64,000 bases of DNA from Candidatus Eiseniibacteriota bacterium (lineage in GTDB: Bacteria; Eisenbacteria; RBG-16-71-46; CAVPCR01), in NCBI GenBank assembly GCA_963702435.1, contig CAVPCR010000002.1:256001-320000 (forward strand). Direction: 5' to 3'. Below, piece after piece: positions 27,066 to 36,737 of the stretch (within the stretch, counting starts at the first letter, position 1; every line of letters begins with the position of its first letter). Both the position numbers and the translations under genes were made by a program. The notes beneath the pieces are model-generated. The model was given only the letters and a program-made list of their open reading frames with translations. It was not told where the DNA came from and did not search any database.

Positions 27066-28706
27066 TCAGTCCACAGGGCCGGGGCGAGCGGCGGCTTCCG
27101 GCACGAGGAGCTCGACGCCGGCCATCTCCTCGATCCGGGCCCCCGGCTCGAGATGACGCGACCAGGGCCCGAGGAGGCGGATGCGGAGGCCCTCGCGCCC
27201 GAGCGGCGCGAGCGCACCGAGCAGCGGAGCGAGGCTCCCGTCGCGATCGGCGACGATGACCTCGTGCACCCGCTCGCGATGACAGAGGTCGCGGAGCCGC
27301 GCCGGCGCTTGCTCGAGATCGGCGACCAGCCGCGCCCCGGGCTCGAGGGTGGCCACCACCTCGAAGCGCGGGCGCCGCGCCGCGGTCAAGCGCGCGGCCA
27401 TCCACGCCGCGAGCTCCGGGTCGCCGAGGAGGAGGACGCGCCGCGCGGCGAGCCCTTCGCGGGCCAGGCGATCGAGGAAGCGGCCGAGGAGGAGGCGGGC
27501 CCCGACGATGGCGGCGATCGCGAGCGGCACCGTGAGCCCGATCACGAAGCGCGAATAGGCCCGGATGTAGAGGAGAAAGGTGGACACCAGCACGGCGAGC
27601 GCGGAGAGGAGGACCGACCGGGTCACGCTGCGGAGCAGCTTCGCGCGCGTGAGCGCTTGGCCGGACCGGTAGAGCCCGCTCCGGCCGAGCGCGATCAGGG
27701 TCGCCAGGTTGAAGACGAGGAGGAACTGCCAGTAGTCGGCGACCGCGAACAGGGGCTTATCGAACTGGGCGGAGAGGAGCTTGCGCACGCCGAAGGCGAG
27801 GAGGAACGCCGCGTTCAGGGCGAGGAGATCGGCGGCGGCGAGCGTGAGCCCGCGCACGCGCTCGCGGTTCCGCTTGAGGACGTAGAGGAGGAGACTCCAC
27901 TTCTCGTAGAAGCGGAGGACGCTCGCCAGATGCATGCGGCGGCTGGGATGGAAGAGGCCGCCGTGCGCCGAGTCGCGGCGATGGTGATGGATCATGACCG
28001 CGTCGGGCACGTAGAGCACCTGCCACCCGCGCAGATGCATGCGCGCGCACCAGTCCACATCCTCGAAGTAGAGGAAGAAGCGCTCATCCATCGGACCGAC
28101 ATCGGCGACCGCACGCCGGCGCACGAGAAGGCAGGCCCCGATCAACCAGTCGACGTTGCGGCGCGTCGCGTGGTCCCAGTCGAGCATCAGGTGGGCGCGG
28201 AGGGCCGGGTGCCGGGGCAGGAGGCGGCCGAGGACGGTGCGGCGGAGGAGCATCGCGCCGGGGGTGTAGAAGCGGCGGCAGGAGTGCTGGAGCGTGCGGT
28301 CGGGATTGAGGAGCCTGGCCCCGGCGAGCCCGGCGTCGGGCTCGCCTTCCATCGCCCGGACCAGCCGGGCGATCGCCTCCGGCTCCACCTCGATGTCGGG
28401 GTTGAGCACGAGCACGTAGTCGGTGCTCGTGGCCGCCAGTCCCTGGTTCACGGCGCGGGCGTAGCCCACATTCCTGGGATTCCGGATCAGGGTGACGCCG
28501 GGGGTGGCGCCGGCCACGGCGGCCGCGCCCGTCGTGGTCGAGTTGTCGACGACGACGACCGGATCCCGGCCGAGGACCCGGGCCCGCGCGAGCGAGGCGA
28601 GGCAGGCGGTGAGGAGTTCCGGCGTCTCGTAGGCGACGATGACGACGGCGAGCGAGGGGGCGGTGACGGCCGGGGCCGCTGCGGCGCGGAGCTCACCGCT
28701 CGTCAT
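27066..28706 (-). CDS. GT2 (WbbL-like) glycosyltransferase fused to a 4-TM plus CoA-binding-like domain
   Basis: N-terminus has VVDN, NVGYARAVN, LNPD, GACLLVRR and FFLYFEDVDWC. C-terminus has DLLALN, four TMs and RRVLLLG..EVIVA. Confidence 0.85.
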   Translation of the reverse strand: MTSGELRAAAAPAVTAPSLAVVIVAYETPELLTACLASLARARVLGRDPVVVVDNSTTTGAAAVAGATPGVTLIRNPRNVGYARAVNQGLAATSTDYVLVLNPDIEVEPEAIARLVRAMEGEPDAGLAGARLLNPDRTLQHSCRRFYTPGAMLLRRTVLGRLLPRHPALRAHLMLDWDHATRRNVDWLIGACLLVRRRAVADVGPMDERFFLYFEDVDWCARMHLRGWQVLYVPDAVMIHHHRRDSAHGGLFHPSRRMHLASVLRFYEKWSLLLYVLKRNRERVRGLTLAAADLLALNAAFLLAFGVRKLLSAQFDKPLFAVADYWQFLLVFNLATLIALGRSGLYRSGQALTRAKLLRSVTRSVLLSALAVLVSTFLLYIRAYSRFVIGLTVPLAIAAIVGARLLLGRFLDRLAREGLAARRVLLLGDPELAAWMAARLTAARRPRFEVVATLEPGARLVADLEQAPARLRDLCHRERVHEVIVADRDGSLAPLLGALAPLGREGLRIRLLGPWSRHLEPGARIEEMAGVELLVPEAAARPGPVD

Positions 28707-29416
28707 AGCCGGCCGAAGAGATCCAGGAAGCGGAGGCGCCAGACCATGGACATGGCCTCGCGTACGATACGCTTCGACATCTTCGAGTGGCCCACCCGCC
28801 GGTCGGAGAAGACGATGGGAATCTCCTTGATGCGGAAGCCCTTCTTCCAGGCCTTGAAGTTCATCTCGATCTGGAAGGAGTAGCCCTCGGAGCGCACCCG
28901 ATCGAGGTCGATGGCCGCGAGCACCTCCCGGCGGAAGCACTTGAAGCCGGTGGTCGAATCGCAGAGCGGGAGACCGGTCACGATCCGCGTGTAGCGGTTC
29001 GCGGTGTACGAGAGGAGGAGGCGCCCCATCGGCCAGTTGACGACGGTGACCCCGCGGAGATAGCGGGAGCCGATCACCAGGTCGGCGTCGGCGATGGCCG
29101 CGAGGAACTCCGGCAGACTCGCCGGATCGTGCGAGAAGTCGGAGTCCATCTCGAAAACGAGATCGTAGTCGCGTTCGAGGGCGAAGCGGAACCCGGCCCG
29201 GTAGGCCGAGCCGAGGCCGAGCTTCCCCGACCGGTGGAGGACGTGCACGCGGGGAATCCGCCGGACCAGCTCGTCGGCCACCTTGCCGGTGCCGTCGGGC
29301 GAGTTGTCGTCCACGACGAGCACCTCGAAGCTCGAGTCCACTGCCAGGATGCGCGGCACGATCTCGCCCAGGTTCTCCCGTTCGTTGTAGGTGGGGATGA
29401 CGACGAGCGCCTTCAT
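28703..29416 (-). CDS. Polyprenol monophosphomannose synthase (Ppm1/Dpm1-like GT2)
   Basis: Has VIPTYNERENL, VDDNSPDGTG, KLGLGSAY, EMDSDFSHDP, GYSFQIEM and GHSKMS. Confidence 0.92.
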   Translation of the reverse strand: MKALVVIPTYNERENLGEIVPRILAVDSSFEVLVVDDNSPDGTGKVADELVRRIPRVHVLHRSGKLGLGSAYRAGFRFALERDYDLVFEMDSDFSHDPASLPEFLAAIADADLVIGSRYLRGVTVVNWPMGRLLLSYTANRYTRIVTGLPLCDSTTGFKCFRREVLAAIDLDRVRSEGYSFQIEMNFKAWKKGFRIKEIPIVFSDRRVGHSKMSKRIVREAMSMVWRLRFLDLFGRL

Positions 29417-31932
29417 GCGGCCTCCCCGCCGCGCCGCGCCCGGGCCCGGAGGAGGGAGACCGCGGCGATCCCGAGGATCGCCGCCGCCGCCGCCACCGAG
29501 AGCCCGAGCCCGAGCCGGAGCCCGGGCGCCACGTAGCGGAACTCGACCTCGTGGCTCCCCTTCTCGACGCGCACGCCGCGGAAGATGTGGTCCGCGCGCA
29601 CGACCGGCGCCGGCGCGCCGTCCACCCTGGCCTGCCAGCCGGGATCGTACAGCTCGCCGAGCACGAGGAGCGCGGGGTGGCTCGCGTTCACCGCCACGAC
29701 CACGCGGTTGAGCCCGAACTCCCGGATCTCCGCCGTGCCCGTCGTCGCGGAGCCGCCGAGCGGCCCGACCGCGGTCGCGACGACCGCCTGGCGCGCCGGA
29801 TCGAAGGCCGGATCGGCGAGGCGGGAGAGGGCCGCGGCGGCGGTCGGGGCCGCCTCCGCCGTTCCCACCACGAAGGCCCGCGGGCCGACCGACTGGTTCT
29901 CGTACACCTTGGTCGGCCCGTCGTGCACCTTGACGAAGCGCGGATTTGCGCCGATCTCGGTCGCGGTCACGAGGTAGCGCACGTTGAGGAGATCGAGGAT
30001 CCGGTAGCGATCGGGATGGCTGAACAGCTCGAGCGTCTCGAGCCCGAAGGCATCCATGAACTCCTGGTAGACGCGCGGCTTGGCGGCATGGTAGCCGCCG
30101 ACCGAGGCGAGCCCGAAGGTGGCGAAGCGGTTCGAGCGGAACTCCTCGATCGGATAGATGCGGAAGGGCCCCGGCACGGTGCGGAGAAAGGCGACCAGAT
30201 CGTCGGCCGCGGTCGGCTGCACCAGATTCGCGCGGGCCGTCGTCAGCGGACGCATGATCTCCTGTCCGATCGGCCCCACGTCGATCGCGACGAGGAGCGC
30301 GACCCCGCCCACGACGAGCTCGGGGCGGAGGCGGCCGCGGAGACCGAGGGCGGCCACTCCTCCGGCCGCGGCGACGAGCGCCAGGCTCTTCGCGAGGTCC
30401 CCGTGGGCGCGGGCGGCGGCGCGGGCGCCGAGCTGGCGCCCGACCTCGGGGGCCCGCGCGAGCTGAGCGGAAATCCGCGGGCTCTTCTGAAAAGCGGCGC
30501 TGTACCCGTCGCGGAAGGCCCCGCCGAGGAGGAGCACGACGAGGAGGCCGACGAGCGCGACGCCGGATGCGGTCGCCAGCACGCGGGCGAGGCGCGCCGC
30601 TGCCGGGCCGCCGCCGCGGGCCAGGGCGAGGACCCGGGTCAAGCCCAGCGCGAAGAGGCCGCCGGCCGCGAGCTGGGCCAGCACGAGGATCATGACCGGC
30701 ACCCGGAACTTCTTCCAGTAGGGCAGGAAGCGGAAGAGGAGGTCGTAGAGGAAGAAGTGCTTGCCGAGCGAGACCGCCAGCGCGAAGAGGGCGAGGACGA
30801 GGAAGAACACCGCGGGCGCGAGGCCCGGTTCGCGCCCACGCGGGCCGGGCGCGACAAAGGCGAGGACGGCGAAGAGGAGCGTGGCGATGCCCACGTAGGC
30901 GTTCGGGTAGTCGGTGAAGGGCATCGTGCCCCAGTAGGTCTCGCCGCCGAAGCCGAGGGCCGACGGCACGAAGAGGGTCGCGAGCTCGCCCAGCGCGAGG
31001 GACCAGCCGGTCGCGTACTCGAAGCTCACGCCGCCGGTCTCGCCGCCGCCGCGGATGGACTGCGGCGTGTAGGTCGCGACGGGAAGGGCGAGGACCGCGC
31101 CGAGCAGCGCGCCGAGGAGGAGGGCGAGCCCGAAACCGGCGGCCGCCCGCCCCGGCGCGAGGCGGAACCTGGTGCCGTCGCGGCGGCGGTCGAGGAGGTA
31201 GTAGATGAAGTAGAGCGCGAGCGCGAGCCAGGTGTAGTAGGCGATCTGCACGTGCCCGCGCAGGATCTGAGCGCCGAGAGTCGCGGCGAGGAGCGCGAGC
31301 CAGATGCCGCTCCCGCGCGCGAGATATCGGTGGAGCGCGAGGAGCGCCAGCGGCAGGAGCCCGGAGTTGACGAGCTGGCTTCCATGGCCGTGGGCGCCGA
31401 CGGCGATCAGGTTGGGGGTGAGAGCGTAGAGGAGCCCGCCCAGGGCGGCGGGCCCGCGCGCCGCGCCGAGATCGCCGAGGAGGAAGTAGACCGCGACCGC
31501 GCCCACGAAGTAGTAGACGATGAGCCAGAGCATGGGCGGGGCGAGCCCGCCGAGGAGCTTGAAGATCCAGTCGGGGAAGTAGACGTCGGGGTTGTAGGCG
31601 AGCGCGGCGTAGGACGGCAAACCGCAGAAGATGAACGGATTCCACAGCGGGTACTCGCCGCTCTCGGCGCGCCACGCCTCCGCGTAGACGCCGAAGCCCT
31701 GCGGCGCCTGCGCGTCGGCCGAGGAGAAGACCTGTCCCGCGAAAACCAGCGGGTAGAAGTAGAAAGCGACGGCGAGGGCGATCAGGGCGACGGCGGTCCA
31801 GGCCGGGAGCCGGGACCAGGGGCCGTTCCCTGCCGCCGCGGCCGGGCGCGCGGCGCGGCCGGGTGCGGCCCCCCGCGCCTCGCGGGCGCCCGCCGCCGGC
31901 TCGCGGCGCGGATCGCGCTTAGCTCTGGCCAT
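29413..31932 (-). CDS. YfhO-family GT-C membrane protein
   Basis: Has YPLWNPFIFCGLP, GHVQIAYY, YWG.MPFTDYPNAYVG, KFRVP and C-terminal YDPGWQARVDG..GSHEVEFRY. GAGGAGG lies upstream of ATG 31932. Confidence 0.88.
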   Translation of the reverse strand: MARAKRDPRREPAAGAREARGAAPGRAARPAAAAGNGPWSRLPAWTAVALIALAVAFYFYPLVFAGQVFSSADAQAPQGFGVYAEAWRAESGEYPLWNPFIFCGLPSYAALAYNPDVYFPDWIFKLLGGLAPPMLWLIVYYFVGAVAVYFLLGDLGAARGPAALGGLLYALTPNLIAVGAHGHGSQLVNSGLLPLALLALHRYLARGSGIWLALLAATLGAQILRGHVQIAYYTWLALALYFIYYLLDRRRDGTRFRLAPGRAAAGFGLALLLGALLGAVLALPVATYTPQSIRGGGETGGVSFEYATGWSLALGELATLFVPSALGFGGETYWGTMPFTDYPNAYVGIATLLFAVLAFVAPGPRGREPGLAPAVFFLVLALFALAVSLGKHFFLYDLLFRFLPYWKKFRVPVMILVLAQLAAGGLFALGLTRVLALARGGGPAAARLARVLATASGVALVGLLVVLLLGGAFRDGYSAAFQKSPRISAQLARAPEVGRQLGARAAARAHGDLAKSLALVAAAGGVAALGLRGRLRPELVVGGVALLVAIDVGPIGQEIMRPLTTARANLVQPTAADDLVAFLRTVPGPFRIYPIEEFRSNRFATFGLASVGGYHAAKPRVYQEFMDAFGLETLELFSHPDRYRILDLLNVRYLVTATEIGANPRFVKVHDGPTKVYENQSVGPRAFVVGTAEAAPTAAAALSRLADPAFDPARQAVVATAVGPLGGSATTGTAEIREFGLNRVVVAVNASHPALLVLGELYDPGWQARVDGAPAPVVRADHIFRGVRVEKGSHEVEFRYVAPGLRLGLGLSVAAAAAILGIAAVSLLRARARRGGEAA

Positions 31933-33133
31933 CGTGTCCCTCCTCCCCCGCTCCCTGCGGGCCGGGCGCCGCCGTCGCGGCGACACCGCGTGTGGAGTCG
32001 ATCAGGGCGAGGAGCGCCGCCGCCCGGGCGTCCCAGCTATGCCGCATGGCCACGGTCCGGAGCGCGGCGGGATCGCGCGGCGCGGCGAGCGCCTCCCCTA
32101 CCGCGCGCACGAACTCCGCCCGGTTGCGCACCAGACGGATCCACGCCCCGAACGCCTCGAGATCCGGTGAATAGGCGAAGCTCACCACGGCCAGGCCGGC
32201 GGCCAGGTACTCGTAGAGCTTGTTCGGGTTGAGGACGTCGGTGGCCGGCCCGAACTTGAACGGGATGAGCCCCACATCGAACTGGGCGACCCAGTGCGGC
32301 AGATCCTCGTAGGCGACGCGCCCGGTGAAGACGACGTTCGGATGGGCGCGCGCGACCGCGTCCGCCGCCGGCTGGACCGGAGCCGCCACCGGCCCGACCA
32401 GGAGGAGCGGGGTGGTCGGATAGGCAGCCGCCAGTTCCGCGATGAGATCGAAGTCGAACCACTCGGCAATCGCTCCCGCGTATCCGATCCGGGGGCGCGG
32501 CACGGCGCGGATCGCCGCCGGCACGCGCACCGGATCGACCGGCGCCATGAAGTGCTCGACCTCCGCCCCATTGCCGATGACCGTGATCTCGCGCTTGCCG
32601 TGCGCCGCGAGGCGCGCGGCGAGCGCAGCGGAGCACGATACCACAACGTCCGCCCGCTCGAGGGTACGCTCGAGATAGCGGCCCACCCAGGCCGGGGTCC
32701 CCGGGAAGCCGAGCGGATCGTCGTTGGCGTCGTAGAGGAGCACGGCGTGGGGCAGGCGCTCGGCCACCGGGAGGAAGAGCACGTTCGAGAGGTAGAAGAG
32801 CCGCGGGAGCCCGGGTTCGGTGTGGGCGCCGAGGAGATGGGCGACCCAGCGGCCGACCAGAGCCGTGAGGACGGCCCGGACCGCCGCCACGCCGAGAAGC
32901 GCGTTCACGAGCCCGAAGGTGGTCTTCGACTTGAGCACCGGGAGCGACGCCACGGTGACGCGGCCGTCCCGGACCGGGTGGAGATGGCTCGGGTCGGTGC
33001 GATTGAGCGGCTCGAGGTAGAGGATGGGCCAGTCGGCGGGAAAGCGCGCGAGGAGGAAGCGCTTCCGCGTGCGCAGATGCTGCCACTTGACCTCGGAGAA
33101 GACGACGACCTGCATGCGGGAGGGCGCCATCAT
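31919..33133 (-). CDS. GT-B glycosyltransferase (TuaH-like/GT4)
   Basis: Has YDANDD, GNGAEVEHF, GYAGAIAEWFD and NPNKLYEYLAAG. Confidence 0.85.
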   Translation of the reverse strand: MMAPSRMQVVVFSEVKWQHLRTRKRFLLARFPADWPILYLEPLNRTDPSHLHPVRDGRVTVASLPVLKSKTTFGLVNALLGVAAVRAVLTALVGRWVAHLLGAHTEPGLPRLFYLSNVLFLPVAERLPHAVLLYDANDDPLGFPGTPAWVGRYLERTLERADVVVSCSAALAARLAAHGKREITVIGNGAEVEHFMAPVDPVRVPAAIRAVPRPRIGYAGAIAEWFDFDLIAELAAAYPTTPLLLVGPVAAPVQPAADAVARAHPNVVFTGRVAYEDLPHWVAQFDVGLIPFKFGPATDVLNPNKLYEYLAAGLAVVSFAYSPDLEAFGAWIRLVRNRAEFVRAVGEALAAPRDPAALRTVAMRHSWDARAAALLALIDSTRGVAATAAPGPQGAGEEGHDGQS

Positions 33134-35136
33134 CGCTCTCTCGCCTCCCCGCCCCGGGCGAAGCCGCCCGGATCGAAGGCCGCGCGCAGCCACAGCTCGA
33201 GCGAGAGGAGCCGCCACACCTCGTGCCCCGGCCCGCGCGGCCGGGCGAGCAGATCGTCCACGAGCGCGGCCACTGCGCGGCGGACGACGAAGCCGCGCTC
33301 GACGGCGCGGCCGCCGACGAGCATCTCGCGGAGCCATCCCGCGTGGCGCGCGGCGAGCCAGCGCACGACCGGCGTCTCGAATCCGCGCTTGTCGGTGCGG
33401 GCGAGAATCGACTCGGGCACGATGCCGCGCATCGCGTCCCGGAGGACGCGCTTGGTGACGCCGCCCGCGAGCTTGGCGGCGGCCGGCAGGCGGAAGGCGA
33501 ACTCGACCACGCGGTAGTCGAGGAAGGGAACCCGCGCCTCGATCGAGAAGGCCATCGAGTTCCGGTCCTCGTAGCGGAGGAGCGACGGCAGGAGGAGCGA
33601 GCGCACATCGGCGGCCTGGCGCGCCGTGAGCTCGTCCCCGCGCGGCGCCCGCCCGGGCTCCGGGGCGGCAGCCCGCGCCGCGGCGGCAAGCTCCGGGGTG
33701 AGAACCCGCGCCCAGTCGCCGGCGCCGAGCCACTCGCGGCCGCGGCGGAAGAGCGCCGCCGGGATCCACGGCTCGGCCGCGCGCGCCGCCACCTCGAGGC
33801 GCGAGTGGCCGTGCTGGACCGCGGTCCGCGCCAGCTCCGCGGCGGCCGCGATCTCGCCCGCCGCGATGAGATCGCGGAGGCGGAGCGGATAGTAGAAGGC
33901 GAAGTAGCCGGCGAAGAGCTCGTCGGCTCCCTGTCCGTCGAGGAGCACCTTGGCGGCGTTCTCCCGGGCGACACGCATGACGTGCCACTGCGAGTAGACC
34001 CCGGGGCCTGCCGCCGGCTCGCCCTGGATGCGCGCGACGCGATCGAGCTCCGCGCGGAGGTCGTCGCCGCGCGGGACGGTCAGGTGATGGCGCGCCCCGG
34101 TGGTGGCGACGAGAGTGCGCATGTGCGGGCGCTCGTCGAACGCTTCCCCTTCCTCGTAGGCCACCGAGTAGGCATCCAGCGGGGCGCCGAGGAGCCGCGT
34201 GCCGAGCGCCACGATGGACGAGGAATCGATGCCGCCGGAGAGGCAGGTTCCGACCGGCACGTCGCTCCGGAGGCGGAGGCGGACCGCGTCGGCGAGGAGG
34301 TCGTGAAGCTCCTCCGCGGCGTCCGCCGGGGCCGCGCTGCCGGCGGCGGCCGGCAGATCCCAGAAGCGCGTGCGCTCGATCCCGGTCCGGCCGACGCGCG
34401 CGTAGTGCGCCGCCGGCAGGCTCCTCACATCCTGGAAGAAGGTCTCCTCTCCCTCGTCGACGCGCGCCGCGGCGATCAACCGGCCGATCGCACCGGGGGC
34501 CGGGGCGGCGGGGGCCAGGGCGAGGAGTCCCGCGGGCTCCGAGGCGAAGGCGAACTCGGTGCCGTCGAACCGGTAGTAGAAGGGTTTCACCCCGAGCCGG
34601 TCGCGGCTCACGACGAGCGTCCGCGCGCGCGCGTCCCACAGGGCGAGGCTCCACATCCCGTTCAGGCGCGCGAAGAGCCCCTCTCCCCACTCGAGCCAGC
34701 CGTTCGCGAGCACCTCGGTGTCGCTGGCCGAGCGGAACACGTGGCCGCGCGCCGCGAGCTCGCTCCTGAGCTCGATGTAGTTGAAGATCTCGCCGTTGTA
34801 AGTGATCCACACGGCGCCGCCGGGTCCGGCCAGCGGCTGATGCCCGCCCGGCGAGAGGTCGATGATGGCGAGCCGCGCGTGCCCGAGGACGAGGGCGCGG
34901 CCGTCCGGATCGCGGTCGGGACCGGGACCCGGGCACCAGGGGAAGGCGGCGCCGCGGGTCGCGGCGGCCGTGCGCGGGCCGCCGAGGACGACCGGCGGGA
35001 GCGCGCCCGCGGGATCGAGGGCGACGTAGCCCTCGTCGTCCGGCCCGCGATGGCGGATGGCCGCCGCCATGGCGCGCACCCGCGCCGGAGCGACCGCCGC
35101 GCCGTCCAGGCGCCAGATGCCGGCGATCCCGCACAC
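33130..35136 (-). CDS. asnB: Asparagine synthase (glutamine-hydrolysing)-type amidotransferase
   Basis: Has N-terminal (M)CGIAG, HRGPDD, RLAIIDL, NGEIFN, LSGGIDSS, GQGADELFAGY and DRNSMAFSIEARVPFLD. Confidence 0.95.
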   Translation of the reverse strand: MCGIAGIWRLDGAAVAPARVRAMAAAIRHRGPDDEGYVALDPAGALPPVVLGGPRTAAATRGAAFPWCPGPGPDRDPDGRALVLGHARLAIIDLSPGGHQPLAGPGGAVWITYNGEIFNYIELRSELAARGHVFRSASDTEVLANGWLEWGEGLFARLNGMWSLALWDARARTLVVSRDRLGVKPFYYRFDGTEFAFASEPAGLLALAPAAPAPGAIGRLIAAARVDEGEETFFQDVRSLPAAHYARVGRTGIERTRFWDLPAAAGSAAPADAAEELHDLLADAVRLRLRSDVPVGTCLSGGIDSSSIVALGTRLLGAPLDAYSVAYEEGEAFDERPHMRTLVATTGARHHLTVPRGDDLRAELDRVARIQGEPAAGPGVYSQWHVMRVARENAAKVLLDGQGADELFAGYFAFYYPLRLRDLIAAGEIAAAAELARTAVQHGHSRLEVAARAAEPWIPAALFRRGREWLGAGDWARVLTPELAAAARAAAPEPGRAPRGDELTARQAADVRSLLLPSLLRYEDRNSMAFSIEARVPFLDYRVVEFAFRLPAAAKLAGGVTKRVLRDAMRGIVPESILARTDKRGFETPVVRWLAARHAGWLREMLVGGRAVERGFVVRRAVAALVDDLLARPRGPGHEVWRLLSLELWLRAAFDPGGFARGGEARER

Positions 35137-35147
35137 AGTGTTCCTTC

Positions 35148-36737
35148 CTATCCTCTCCAGACCGCCGTCTTCTTCTGCAGATAGTTGCGCAAAATCACGA
35201 AATCCTGAATGGCGACGACGCGGAGTCCGATCGTCCCCGCCACGTAGAGGGCCAGCGCGCCGGCGGTGGCGGCGACCGCGGCGCCGCTTCCTGTCCGCCC
35301 GAAGTAGATGCCGACGGCGGCGAGTCCGATCGCCATCATGAAGGTGAGCGCCACGCGGCCTGGATGGAACGGCACCGGGTAGATGCGCTGGGCAACGGCG
35401 AAGAGGAGCGCGGTGGCGACCGTCTGTGCGACGAGGCTGGCGGTCGCCACGCCGAAGACGTCGAGCGGCCCGACGAGGACGATGTTGAGCGCGACGTTCA
35501 GGAGCGCAGAAAGGACCGCGATTGCGCCCATCAGTCCGGTGCGCTTCGCGATCTGCAGCCCGGTCGCCGGGATGAAGAAGGCGCCGTTGGCCATGGCGGC
35601 GAAGACCAGGAAGCCGGCGACGCGGTAGCCGTGCACATAGTGGCTCGTGGTGATGAGGGCGAGGAACTCGCGGGCGAGACAGGTGATGAGGAGCCCGATA
35701 CCGCCGGCGACGAAAGCGTAGAGCGAGAAGACCTTGGCATAGGTCTCGCGGGCGTTGGCCTCGCGGAAGATCGAGATGGCGAACGGCCCCCACGCATACT
35801 GGAAGGCGGCCACGAACAGCATCATGAACGAGGAGACCTTGGCCCCGACCGAGTACGGTCCCACCTGGTCGAGCGAGACATAGCGGTTCAGCACGTAGCG
35901 ATCGGCGTAGGCGAGGACGAACTGGGCGAGCCCCACCGGCACCAGCGGCAGGCCGTAGCGGAGCATGGCCCCGAGCACACCCAGCGACTGCGGGCGAGCG
36001 AGGTCCTTCCACGTCCACAGGAGACCGATCGCCGTGAACAGGATGTCGGCGATCAGGCGGGCGAGGAAGACGCCGGCCAGGCCGAGACCCTGGCCGTGGA
36101 TGGTCACCTCGGTTCCGAGGAGCGGCAGCTCGATCGGCATCACCGACGGCACGAGCACGAGCGTGAGGACGGCGATGGCGGCGAGATTGCCGAGCGAGTA
36201 GGCGACGAACTCGGCCGGCCGCAACCGCACGCGCAGGAGGTCGATCGAGAACTTGACCACCGTCGTGAACGGCAGATCGGCCAGCGTCAGCATGATGAGC
36301 GCCGTGTAGTTCGTGTTCGCGAAGATGAGCCGGGAGAGACCGCCGGAGGCGGGCAGGAGGAGGAGGGTGAAGGCGACTGCGGCGGCCACCCGGAAGAGGA
36401 GGCCGAGCGCGGCGATCCGCCGCCGTTCGAGCTCGGAATCGGTGTCGAAGATGAAGCGGAGGAGCGCGGCGTCGTTCCCGAGCACGACGAAATAGGAAAT
36501 CATGAGCTGGAGGAGACCGATGAGCTCGCTTGCGCCGTACTCGGCGGGCTCGAACACGCGGGTCAGGATCGGCAGGAGGAGGAGCCCGATCAGCTTCTGC
36601 CCGGCCATGCCGAGCCCGTAGACGAGCGAATCGCGGGTGAGTCCCTTCACCCGCCGCGCCACCGACGGCGCCTCCGCCGCCTCCGCGACCGGATCCGCCG
36701 GCGGCGGCAGCGTGCTGCGATCGCCGAGATCGCTCAC
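35148..36737 (-). CDS. Oligosaccharide flippase (Wzx/MOP family)
   Basis: Has DSLVYG, LLLPILTR, YGLPLVP, ADRYVL and VGPYSVG, with many TMs. Confidence 0.88.
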   Translation of the reverse strand: MSDLGDRSTLPPPADPVAEAAEAPSVARRVKGLTRDSLVYGLGMAGQKLIGLLLLPILTRVFEPAEYGASELIGLLQLMISYFVVLGNDAALLRFIFDTDSELERRRIAALGLLFRVAAAVAFTLLLLPASGGLSRLIFANTNYTALIMLTLADLPFTTVVKFSIDLLRVRLRPAEFVAYSLGNLAAIAVLTLVLVPSVMPIELPLLGTEVTIHGQGLGLAGVFLARLIADILFTAIGLLWTWKDLARPQSLGVLGAMLRYGLPLVPVGLAQFVLAYADRYVLNRYVSLDQVGPYSVGAKVSSFMMLFVAAFQYAWGPFAISIFREANARETYAKVFSLYAFVAGGIGLLITCLAREFLALITTSHYVHGYRVAGFLVFAAMANGAFFIPATGLQIAKRTGLMGAIAVLSALLNVALNIVLVGPLDVFGVATASLVAQTVATALLFAVAQRIYPVPFHPGRVALTFMMAIGLAAVGIYFGRTGSGAAVAATAGALALYVAGTIGLRVVAIQDFVILRNYLQKKTAVWRG

